Assembly (NCBI GenBank): GCA_050230475.1
Contig: JBFLGF010000146.1
Coordinates: 55,177 to 75,176, forward strand
Source of the DNA: Ancylonema sp.
Lineage: Eukaryota
DNA length: 20,000 nucleotides
Direction of reading: 5' to 3'
Shown here: positions 10,810-20,000 of the stretch, piece after piece
Layout: every line of letters starts with the position of its first letter
How positions within the stretch are numbered: the stretch's first letter is position 1
Translations under genes and position numbers: made by a program
Notes under the pieces: generated by a model
Told to the model about the DNA's origin: nothing
The model's input: only the letters and a program-made list of their open reading frames with translations
Database searches by the model: none

Positions 10810-11670
10810 GGAGAGCATGAAAATCTTTTCTAAGTTGTCGACTAAATATGTCGTTGAGATAATTTGACTAAAGGTAGCACGAGGATTCGAAGGCGAAGAC
10901 AACGGTGGTAAACGAGTAGGAGGTGGGGCACGAGAAAATGGGGGGATCATGATCCTCCGGATGACATGCCAAGCCTCATCTCCGATGAAAGTGAGGATGA
11001 GATAGAAGAAGATGAAGACGAGGATGTGGTCGGAGACCATGACATACATAGGTGGCTAAATTGGTACTCAGATGATGATGAGGATGGGGGAGGACAATTG
11101 CATGGTCAAAATGGTCATGCATTTGATGATGATAACGATAGTGACGATGAATTCGATGTTGACAACGATGGGGGCAATAGCGGCCAAAGTAACTCGAGAG
11201 GAGCATATCATTGTGGGAGGCCGCCGTCACATGATGAGGAGGAAGGTCCTGAGCAGGAGGCCAAGGCGCATCCAGAGCGAAAGGCGATGTGGGAAACCTC
11301 TTCGATTTTGGGAGTTACTGATGGCATTTGAAAAAGTGATGGATGGAGGAGATCCATCAACCTATGGGGAGTGTGTGAAGTAGGACGTTGTGAACAGGAT
11401 GTGGCTTGCCCTGTATGTGAATGTAGTTTTTTTCTCGTTAGAAAGGCGGCTGGTCCAAGTAATATAAAAGTAATCATGAAACCGATTGGAATGGCTAGAT
11501 TCGGTGGATAGAAATACGAAACTTTTGAGCTTGGGAGGGTGTGTTCAATTTGCAATCCCAAAGTGTCTGGAGGAAGTAGGCGCATTGTACTAAAGCTTTA
11601 GAAGGGCGCATTGTGGTTTGGAATGTGTAATCGATGTAATTGGGATAATGACGGGGAAATATATTTTTTT
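10810..11670 (+). pseudogene. Decayed ORF: D/E-rich tract followed by Cys-rich (CxxC) segments
   Basis: ORF 10966-11331 (DESEDEIEEDEDED..DDDNDSDDEFD) reads past a TGA into VCEVGRCEQDVACPVCEC. After a frameshift it continues GRVCSICNP..*..GMCNRCNW. Confidence 0.4.
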
Positions 11671-13060
11671 GTGTGTATCACTAGATTAGTGGGCGCCGTA
11701 CATTTTTGGTATGTGGGTGCCTGTATATCCGACTTGCGCCGAGTCTTGTCGACACCTGTAAAATAAGTGTGACGTTTTGCATGGATAAGTACACATGTAG
11801 TGAAGCTTGCACGCATGCACTTCTGGGATGGAGTGTGTGCAGCGCTTTTTTGAAAGATTAGGTTTTGGGAGTATCTAGGAAAAGACTTTGTCTTCCAAGT
11901 TTTAAGTTTCCAAGTGTGTGTAATGAAAATATTGCATTGTGCCTTGCAATGCTCATTTTCTTGCAATTCCTGCATGCAATGTGTTATCGTACCATATGGC
12001 GTCGTGCTCATGTCTCAGGTGCGAATGATTGCATGCAACGAATCTTGCCGATATATACATTTCACACGTGCGAGTTACGACATTTCATTACACATGAATG
12101 TATCCTAATGAAGCATGACCAAGTCGAGGTCGGATGCACATTCACATTCGATTCTTATAAGTCATTGTAATCCATCACAAGTATCGACTTAATGGCAAAA
12201 TGTTTTTTCTAGTCTACCTATGGCAAGGCTTTACCTTCGGCTTGGACGTAAAGTGCCCGACGCTCCTAAGGCGTCTAAGAGTGTAACACTCAATCAATCG
12301 ATACTTAAGTTCAAACGAACTCCATATGCTTATAGATTCACATAGGCTGAAAAGCCAGCCGAACTCGCATAAAACTTACACAAGGACACAAGGATCTGAG
12401 TGGTCATTTCAGCAGCGGTTCCCGAGGCGTACAAAGACCTATTGAGGTCTGAGTACAACAATCTTTAATACTACGTTTCTATCAGATCAGCATCTTCTTG
12501 CGGCGCTGCTAATGGCTGCCGGCCATAGTGACATTCCACTAATGCATTACTAGCCAAGTATTTCCTATGGCTACGTCATGCATGTCACTAGAAGAGCTCG
12601 ATACAATGCATATCTGAAATAGATCTTATTCTAAACACACAGCAGCATTGCTGGCTTCCGCCATTGATCGCTCGTGATACATAAAGGACAGGAGGTATCT
12701 ATCACTTATTTGTCTCTATCGGAATATATTCGGAGGACATCGCATCTTCCTACGTGTGTGTCTATGTTGTAGTGTATTGAGTGCAGCAAGTGATGTGTTC
12801 CTTTGTCTGCTCAGCCACGTGCTCCCTGTACGCCTGGTGTCAGAGTCTGGCGAATATGGTGCCGTAAATGGCGGCTCAATCATCCCACTAAGCTAACTAC
12901 GGCCTTCGGTCGTTAATTGAAACTTAAGGACCCGTGATACGTTCTGACAAGACACGTGTCTAAAAGTCTAACTTCGTTCACTACCCACTCATGTGCCAAA
13001 CATGGCTAAATGACCGCAAATGCCGTAATGCTTTAATTCTATCGTACACGCACATTTCTG

Positions 13061-13188
13061 TTATAGGCGCATTTCACCGTATAAGCACCTTTCACTATAT
13101 AAGCATAATAAACCGAATTAAGCGCATTTCACTCAATCAGGCATATCTCTTTGTATAAGCCACGACTCTCACCGTATAAGCATACGAG
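13061..13188. repeat. Degenerate ~18-21-bp minisatellite, consensus ~TATAAGCNCNTTTCACCG, ~7 units
   Basis: Recurring tataagc/ttaagc and tttcacc(g) at near-regular spacing. Confidence 0.7.
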
Positions 13189-13218
13189 TGTTTATTGTCC
13201 GACAGTGTTGTATGTAAA

Positions 13219-13265
13219 GTCAACCGTCAACCGTCAACCGTCAGCCGTCAACCGCCAGCCGTCAA
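13219..13265. repeat. 7-bp tandem repeat (GTCAACC) x ~6.5
   Basis: gtcaaccgtcaaccgtcaaccgtcagccgtcaaccgccagccgtcaa. Confidence 0.95.
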
Positions 13266-13836
13266 TAATCGTAATATTAAACCGCTCACCGTCCAAAGAG
13301 CCAAAATTTTTATTGAGCCGGCCGAAGTATAGCACGTGTCACATACACATTCGGCCTCATGGCACGGCGAAACCAGATGGATAATCAAACAGACGGCAAG
13401 GATTGTGGTAGAAGATATATATCACGAGAGATGGCGACACACGTCGTCGTTCAAACATCCGTTTGAAACGCCGCAATAATAATTTTGAGGTGGCAGAATG
13501 TCCGTAATTTGGGGACCTCGATGTCAGCGATTCTGAATAGAGAAACACACGATTCAGAAAGGTTAGATGGGGAGATGAGATGCTTCCTTTGCCAGGTCAA
13601 CCCGAAGTACAACGGACGCGGAGGCACGCTTTGATAAGTGCGACACTATTCTCGTGCAGATAAGCAATAATTTTCTACGACTGCTGCCGCGCACATCAGG
13701 TCTGATACGCACATCTTTCTCGCAGGAAGTCTCGCGGCAGCTCTTCCTACCAACTAGCGGATTTCTCGAATGTGTGGAACCGTCCAGGATCACATCCGCA
13801 CATAGGCAGACTGGCGGAGCGCATGCATGGTGTCTT

Positions 13837-14741
13837 ATGACCACCGAGCTTGGCTTTCCGCGTATGATGTTCGCGGGAGTTAGGGGACAGCCTGGCTACA
13901 TCCCGGCGCAGGAATTATCCTCTGACCTGCCTCATACACGACTCGCATCCCGGGCTTACCGATCTCTTGCTCTTTCTGGGAGTAGTAAACAGATACCAAG
14001 GGCAAAAGCAGTCCAGACCAGATCGAAACTCAGTAGCACAGATTCTAGGTCACGCAGCGATGATACTGTGCAGAGAGCACGTACTGTAGATTCTTTGAGG
14101 TATCCTTTTTTCCCTGAAGCGAATGACGCCACGGCAGTAGACCTGTACGGTGATATCTTGTACCATCTTCCGAGATCTGAACAACGTGATGTCTCTTGGG
14201 AAGGCGAGACCTTGTATACTGATTGTTCTGCATCTTCAGATACGGAGTCAATCATCGCAGAGGTTTGCCAGCCAGCTGACCATGTGGCGAACGAGTTCGG
14301 TCCATCAAGTAGAACCTGCATTCCCCTCGCAGAAGATCGGGATCAAAATGGTGCCTCTGTCAGCTCGACGGACGCGTCGTGCCCGTCTCCTCCTACCTTT
14401 AATTTGATTGAGAAGATTGAGAGGACGTTGGAGGGATTTTGGAGACTGATTAAGTCTTCTCATACCTTTAATTTGATCGAGAAGATTGAGAGGACTTTGG
14501 AGGCGTTTTGGAGACTAATTGAGACGAGTGCGCGGAGACTATCTCAGGCAGTCCAACTTTTGGCTCGAGTGGGAATGTCAGCTTTTGTGGAGGCCATAAG
14601 CAAGCAGACAGCTGCTGCTGGGCCGCAGCTGGAGGGCAACTGGAGACCTGTTGGGGAATATGAGGGGGGGCAAGAGGTCGGTCCTCTAGATGTCGTTGTC
14701 GGAGCTCTTCCCGCAGATTTTCCATCGGGAACGTACATGAG
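13837..14741 (+). CDS. CCD: CCD exon 1: S/R/A-rich possible transit peptide, long extension, start of catalytic domain
   Basis: ORF 13654-14745 ends ...LEGNWRPVGE...FPSGTYM(R), donor AG|GTAAT at 14742. Confidence 0.85.
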
Positions 14742-17689
14742 GTAATACATTTTTACGATCCCAGCACCAACAGGTGGGAGCACCAGCACTGTCTGACCTT
14801 TGATCACACATCGTTGCCACTGATAAGGTCGTGACAAGAGAGGCTACTACTACTGTACTCAACCTCACGAATTAGAGTCTGACTTCATGTGTATCTGGTT
14901 TTATTTGCACAGGAATGGCCCAAATCCCTTTTTCCGACCTCAAACTCTCGAGTCTGTTTTCGGAAAAGTAGGGTGGCACTTCTTCGAGGGGGATGGCATG
15001 CTCCATGCCATTCGGCTGGGGGATGGCAAGGTGTTCTACAGGAACAAATTTGTTGAGACGCCTGCGTTGAAGGTGGAGAAAGAGAGTGGCAAAGCGTTGT
15101 ATTGGAGCAATCTAGAAGCAGATCCAGCAGCGTGCTTAGCAGGTAGAGACACGACCGTCCCGTTTCTCAGCACTGCCTCACACGATAACCCCATTTTTGG
15201 GTCCACACTCAAAATTAGAGTTTGAGAAAATATATCTTACTCTCATTCCATTGAATTCCACATGTTTCCAATCGCGCCATCATGTATGGGAGGAGTTGTT
15301 GCTGACACAGCACAGGCAGTCAGGATGGCGTTCACAGAACTGATTCGACATGCCATGTCTAGAATGTCCCTCCGTACGTTGCTGACAGAGTTTGGTGGAG
15401 GGCACTGCAGGCTTCTTAGTGAACTTCCTCCGAGCAGGATCGCCCATCAAAGAGACGGCAAACACTTCTGTCGCACACCACAGAGGACGTACTTTCGCAT
15501 TGAACGAGGCTGGGCTGCCCATCGAGGTAAGAAGTGATGCTTCTACACCATGGCCATCTCCATCACACTCATGTACACTCATGAACAATCCAGAAACGAA
15601 TCACAAATCATCCATGTTGTACGACAAACACGTACGTGGATACACTTTTCAACTGAATGGATGGAGCAAACAGGGAGCAGGGTGTGTTTGGCACAATGAC
15701 AGTAGAGCTGCATCCTGGCAAGATGTTCACGCGAATAGAAAGCGATTCCGAATCTGATCGCAGTCATACACCACTTGTCTCTCGAACAAGGCCCATGATA
15801 GAACCGTACCGTACCGTACCAACCTGGAAACGAGGTGTGACTGCTCTCTGTTGCCTCGCAGGTGAACCTTTCGGACCTGAGCACCCTCGGCCCTGTGAAC
15901 TTCAAAGGGAGGCTCAAGTCCCGTTTCACTGCACACCCCAAAGTCGACGCAAGCACAGGTACGTCGACCTCTGACCTCTGCCGGCATGCTGCCTGTGCAG
16001 CGCGCGCTCGTCACAACGAAGAAGAACAAGAGATGACGGAACATGGGAGGGAAGGGGTTGGTCAGTCTTTTGTGTCGTAGATAAGCTCATATTTCGTACG
16101 GGCAAACGGATCTATGGCCGTTTTTTAAAAGCATCCATTTCCTGCATGAGCCTGACGGAGCCGTTTCCTTTTTCCCCATGACTCTTGTACTCTTTGGTGT
16201 GTGCAGGCGAGATGATGTTTTTCGGGTACGGGGTCCTCCCCCCCCACTGCACCGTTGGAGTACTATCGAGAGAAGGGGAGCTCATCCACAGCACCTCATT
16301 GGACATTGGTCGAGCGACGTTGATGCACGATTTCGCGATCACGGAAAAGTACACAATCATTCTGGACTTCCCACTCACCATCGACCCATGGAGGGTGGTC
16401 CGTGGCGGGGAGCTGGTCGACTTCGATGCAAAAGGAAGGGCTCGGGTGGGCGTGCTGCCCCGATTTGGGGATGGGAAGTGTGTGCAGTGGTTCGAAGTGG
16501 AGACGGGGATCGCGATGCACACCATGAATAGCTTTCAAGGTGTGGGGTCTCTCTCGCCTACGATGTCCGATGGGGTTTGAGGGGATGGTTCGAAGTTGGT
16601 AGCGATGTGAGGTGGTGGTGATTAGGGGGGAAAGAAGAAAAGTGAAGGGCAGTGAGAAAGGAGGGAGCGAGTGAAGGAAGGGACGTTGTTTGTTTTTGTT
16701 AAGGTAGCAGTAGCTCAAGGATCATTCTTTTGTGATACGCCGCCCTTATGGTTATCCCCCCCATGTCACGTGTGTGACAGAAGGGAGACAGGGTGGGTGT
16801 AATGGACTCCGATTTCGTGGTTGTGAAATGCACATATTCTGACTGCATGCCTTTCTTCCCTTCTGCCTTTCTGCCTTTCTGCCAGACGGAGATGAAGTGG
16901 TTCTGCACGCGTTCAAGCAGAAATCGCCCCTCCTGAAGCCGCCCCCTGGCCGAAATTGGAAGGAATTCATGCCAGAGGCTCTGGCTCCGCTGGACTCGGA
17001 GTCCACTCTGCTCAACACTCTGCACGAGTGGCGCTTCAATCTCGCGGACGGGAGGGTGAGGGAGCGACAGCTGGCGGGCGCAGATTTCCTCTGCGACTTC
17101 CCTAGAATAAATGAGAAATATACCGGCAGACGGTACAGGTGAGCGTGTGTAACGACTGTCTTCTGCATCCCTGTCTCCTCCACGGCCTCACCTGAAATAT
17201 GTTGTGGTGAAAGAGGGGCTTATGTGAAACCCCTTTTTCGCAGTTCGGTGGTGTAGCAGCAACTATGTGGCCACCACATACTTACCCTCCATCCTTTTCT
17301 CTGCCTCCATTGCCAGCTATGGGTATGGAGCTGTGTGCCACGCGGAGGCGACAACAGAGGCGGGACTGCCCTACTCGGGAGCAGTCGCAAAGTTCAGAAT
17401 CCCTCAAAGTGCTGCGGATCCACTTTTGGACCCCATCTTCCACACGTACCAAAAAGGAGAATTCGGGGGAGAGGCGGTGTTTGTGGCCAGAGAGGCGGGC
17501 GAGGCGGAAGACGATGGGTGGTTGATCACGTTCGTTCACAATGTGGAGTTGGATTGCTCCTACTTCTACGTGATCGACGCCAGGGATATGGAGGGGGAGC
17601 CAGTCGCGAAAATAAGGCTGCCGCAGAGAGTACCTTGGGGTTTGCACGGGCTGTTTGTGCCAGCTGTTGGAACAGCGTGCGAGTCATAG
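13837..17689 (+). CDS. CCD: Carotenoid cleavage dioxygenase (RPE65/CCD family; CCD-like/CCD1-related), 7 coding exons: 13837-14741, 14913-15142, 15411-15526, 15862-15958, 16207-16539, 16886-17138, 17317-17689
   Basis: All six introns are GT..AG and phase-compatible; spliced length 2307 nt = 768 aa + TAG. Family motifs: GNWRPV, GTYMRNGPNP, HFFEGDGMLH, TANTSV, FTAHPKVD, MHDFAITE, MHTMNSFQ, DFPRINEKYTG, GEAVFV, EDDGW, LPQRVPWGLHGLF. Four Fe-ligand His are present. The start codon is uncertain: the frame is open from 13654 and the first in-frame ATG is at 13837. Confidence 0.93.
14392..14529 (+). repeat. 69-bp coding tandem duplication (2 copies) in CCD exon 1
   Basis: PTFNLIEKIERTLEGFWRLIKSS / HTFNLIEKIERTLEAFWRLIETS, units starting at 14392 and 14461. 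Confidence 0.95.
14913..15142 (+). CDS. CCD: CCD exon 2
   Basis: Acceptor tttgcacag|G; NGPNPFF...FEGDGMLHAIRL...; donor G|GTAGA at 15143. Confidence 0.92.
15411..15526 (+). CDS. CCD: CCD exon 3
   Basis: FLVNFLRAGSPIKETANTSVAHHRGRTFALNEAGLPIE; donor GAG|GTAAG. The acceptor ctgcag| at 15410 was chosen by phase and has a weak pyrimidine tract. Confidence 0.82.
15862..15958 (+). CDS. CCD: CCD exon 4
   Basis: Acceptor cctcgcag|; VNLSDLSTLG...FTAHPKVDAST; donor G|GTACG. Confidence 0.92.
16207..16539 (+). CDS. CCD: CCD exon 5
   Basis: Acceptor gtgtgcag|; EMMFFGYG...MHDFAITEKY...GVLPRFG...WFEV...MHTMNSFQ; donor G|GTGTG. Confidence 0.92.
16886..17138 (+). CDS. CCD: CCD exon 6
   Basis: Long pyrimidine tract then gccag|; DGDEVVL...LHEWRFNLADG...DFPRINEKYTGRRY; donor AG|GTGAG. 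Confidence 0.92.
17317..17689 (+). CDS. CCD: CCD exon 7 (terminal)
   Basis: Acceptor ttgccag|; YGYG...GEAVFV...EDDGWLITFVHN...LPQRVPWGLHGLFVP; TAG at 17687-17689. Confidence 0.93.
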
Positions 17690-18989
17690 CTGCTCTTTTG
17701 TATATATATTCGTGCTCGACCAATCACGTGGGAGTTGTCTCATGTAATGTAGTGTTTCGCGAGTCTCGCTCTCATTTCTAGGTAGTCAATTTGCGGGGGG
17801 GGGGGTGCATTAACACCGTGTAATGTAATGTGCGGTAATGGAGCAACCTTGGTGGAAAAAATGGTAGGCCACGCGGCTTTGGGAATGGTGGCATGATATA
17901 TCATACTCAAAGCAGCGCTCTAGTCGAAGGGCACCTACTCACGGCGGCACGAAGACAGCAAGCATCGAACAGCAAAGACAGAAGCTGAGGGTCAGAAAAA
18001 CCCAACCTGCCTACGGAGAAAAAATAAAATAAAATGTGATAAAATGCCATGCGCAGAGTTTGCAGTGTCTACTAAGTGATGCGTGTACCCACAGCTGCTA
18101 ATGTGATATGCGAAGTCGAATATATAGAGCGGGAAAGCATAAGAATGAACACAGTTCGAAATTCCTGGTCTCTCCACTTGCACTACAAAACGACTTTAAT
18201 CTACTCTTAAGGCCTTTCTGAAACTACAGATTTGTGCAACATTCCCACATGAATATAGCTTTGCCATAATCCTCTCACTCCCTCCCTCCCTCCCTCCCTG
18301 CTCAGAAGCAGCATCACTGGCGCATACTTGATTAAAAAAACAGATGACTCTGAATTTGAACTGATGTCCTACTGCGCCCCCTTATCAGCCCTCCCATACC
18401 TCTTCTCCCTACTCCCTTGCCTACTAGTACCTCACTATGATGGACACACGGGACTGAATACCACTTTTTATCCTCTTCTACATATCGAGGATTTTCAGCG
18501 ACACAGCTAATCGAATCTTCCCACCCCAACCTCATCCTGAATAGAGGCTGCCCTCGGGCCTAAGGGCCCACATGGGCAGACAACATGATAAAGTCGCTTT
18601 TCAAACGTGAGCCTCATCCGCGCTCCAGGCCCCTCATCTGTGGGTCTTCGACAAACATTCACAAAAAATGTGAGCTGCCGGAACAAAACAAGAGATGAAA
18701 AACCGAGAAAATAAATACTGAAAAATCGCATCGCGCATCACGCAGTGTTGTACACTTATTTCCTGAACCCACTGTCTCAATTCATCATCGAAGGCTGATC
18801 ATCTGCGAATGCCGTATCACATGACCCAAAAAATCGATGCCACCCCATTCCTACTCGCCCCCCAACCTCACCCATCTGCCACCCTCAGAGACCACACGTG
18901 CATACATTCGAACAACCACCCCTTCACCCTCCCGCTGTATACACAGAGTCATGCCCAGTAGGGAAGAGCACCACTTCATTTTTACCACT

Positions 18990-19150
18990 TGCATGCATAC
19001 CTACATACACATGCACACATGCATACACACATGCATACACACCTGCATATGCATGTGTGTATGCATGTGCGTATGCATGTGTGTATGCATGTGTGTACGC
19101 ATGTGCGTATGCATGTGTGTATGCATGTGTGTACGCATGTGTGTATACAT
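18990..19150. repeat. 12-bp-unit alternating purine-pyrimidine satellite arranged as an inverted repeat
   Basis: (ATGCATACACAC)n switches to (GCATGTGTGTAT)n around the palindrome TGCATATGCA at 19045-19054. Confidence 0.92.
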
Positions 19151-19323
19151 TAGAGTACGCTACAGCCATGGTGGGGGGGGAGGACATCACCCTCTCTGTT
19201 TGCTACCCTCGTCTTCCCCCTATCCAAAACATATGCTGACACGCTTGAAGTGCAGGAGCGAGCAGCAGCCATGAGACAGGTGTCCTACCTCACAGACAGA
19301 AAGGGTTTGGGCTGTGCACAGCC

Positions 19324-20000
19324 CTACGTGGCCACAGCTGGCATTGCCTCATTGATCAGATCAGACGGTTGCTGAGGGTTCTCAGAGGGGGGTGGTGCCT
19401 CTTTGGGAGCTGCTGGGACTGCCTCGGATGTGCTGCTGATCAATGACATAAATCCAATTTTTATAACAAATTAAATAAAAATAATAACAATATTATAATT
19501 ATTTTTATTATTATTAAAAAAAAAAAAAAAAAAAAAAAGAGGATCGGAGTCATCATTTGATTGACATGAATCTAGTCAAGTTCAGATTAGCAGTGTGAAC
19601 TCGTTCAGACTTCTGGTCATGGTAGTTTACTTCCATTCGCACAACACAGAAGGGATGAAAACAAACCGAAGAGCAAGTCTCAATATCTCTCCTCATGCCA
19701 GCACCACATGGCACTCACACCATCGGCCATGATGCAATGATGCAACTGTACTTTTTCATCGTCCAAAAAAAAGCTGGTCGAGAGAAAAGTGTTTGGGACT
19801 GTTTAATCTAACCTTCGATCTGTACCATGAGGACAAATAAAAATGTAGTATGGGCGGGCAGTTTTCATCGAAAGGTGAAGGAAGGGGGGTCCAGAGCATC
19901 TGCATGCGTTTGGATGCGGAAGAAATTCGGTGCTCACATTTCTGGCGTGGTCGCCACTTCCTCCGGGTGTGCCTCCTCTGCCTTCTCCTCCTTCTCCTCC
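19324..20000 (-). CDS. 3' end of a convergent gene (exons >20000-19938 and 19435-19324), E/P/A-rich C-terminus
   Basis: Minus-strand donor AT|GTGAGC at 19937, AT-rich intron, acceptor gatcag| at 19436. Spliced: EEKEEKAEEAHPEEVATTPEISTSEAVPAAPKEAPPPSENPQQPSDLINEAMPAVAT*. The frame choice is inferred. Confidence 0.5.
19446..19539. repeat. AT-rich low-complexity tract ending in a ~24-nt poly(A)
   Basis: Direct reading; lies in the inferred last intron of the - strand gene. Confidence 0.85.

Larger units (their letters stand above)
12814..13340. promoter_or_regulatory. ABRE/G-box motifs upstream of CCD
   Basis: GCCACGTG 12814-12821, GACACGTGTC 12951-12960 and CACGTGTC 13333-13340 match CACGTG(G/T)C. 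Function untested. Confidence 0.4.

Noticed and set aside
11598..12170. Overlapping ORFs on both strands
   Set aside because: No motifs, codon bias or consistent splice structure; treated as chance ORFs.
13061..13265. Periodic repeats as a CRISPR-like array
   Set aside because: Units are contiguous and degenerate with no unique spacers, no cas genes are present, and the context is eukaryotic.
15389..15410. Earlier acceptor (gacag| at 15388 or ag| at 15390) for CCD exon 3
   Set aside because: Phase-incompatible with the exon 2 donor; the acceptor at 15410 keeps the frame.
13837..17689. Calling the gene NCED, CCD7 or CCD8
   Set aside because: The motifs look closer to CCD1/CCD-like, and the subfamily cannot be fixed without a phylogeny.
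18507..18731. 74-aa minus-strand ORF as a further coding exon
   Set aside because: It lies downstream of the inferred stop at 19324 and has no recognisable motif. It is more likely UTR, although an alternative terminal exon is not excluded.
18837..19274. ORFs rich in CMCV/YACV/HAYT repeats resembling metal-binding proteins
   Set aside because: Artefact of the 12-bp satellite, which is stop-free in several frames on both strands.

Overview
Eukaryotic DNA with GT-AG introns, most likely from a plant-lineage genome; a non-seed plant or streptophyte alga is an inference. The right third holds one apparently intact 7-exon gene (+ strand, 13837-17689, about 768 aa) for a carotenoid cleavage dioxygenase (RPE65/CCD family). 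It has all four iron-binding His, motifs recalling both the plant CCD-like clade and CCD1, a long N-terminal extension and an internal 23-aa tandem duplication. The last exons of a convergent - strand gene lie at the right edge. The left ~12 kb is a mosaic of decayed spliced genes (one ending in a Tudor-like domain, others with Zn-finger-like and acidic segments). It also contains a 5'-truncated CRE-like non-LTR retrotransposon (CCHC plus restriction-like endonuclease) split by a 658-bp LTR-like insert with a 3-bp duplication. No rRNA, tRNA or CRISPR array was seen. Family assignments rest on motif recognition by eye, not database searches.
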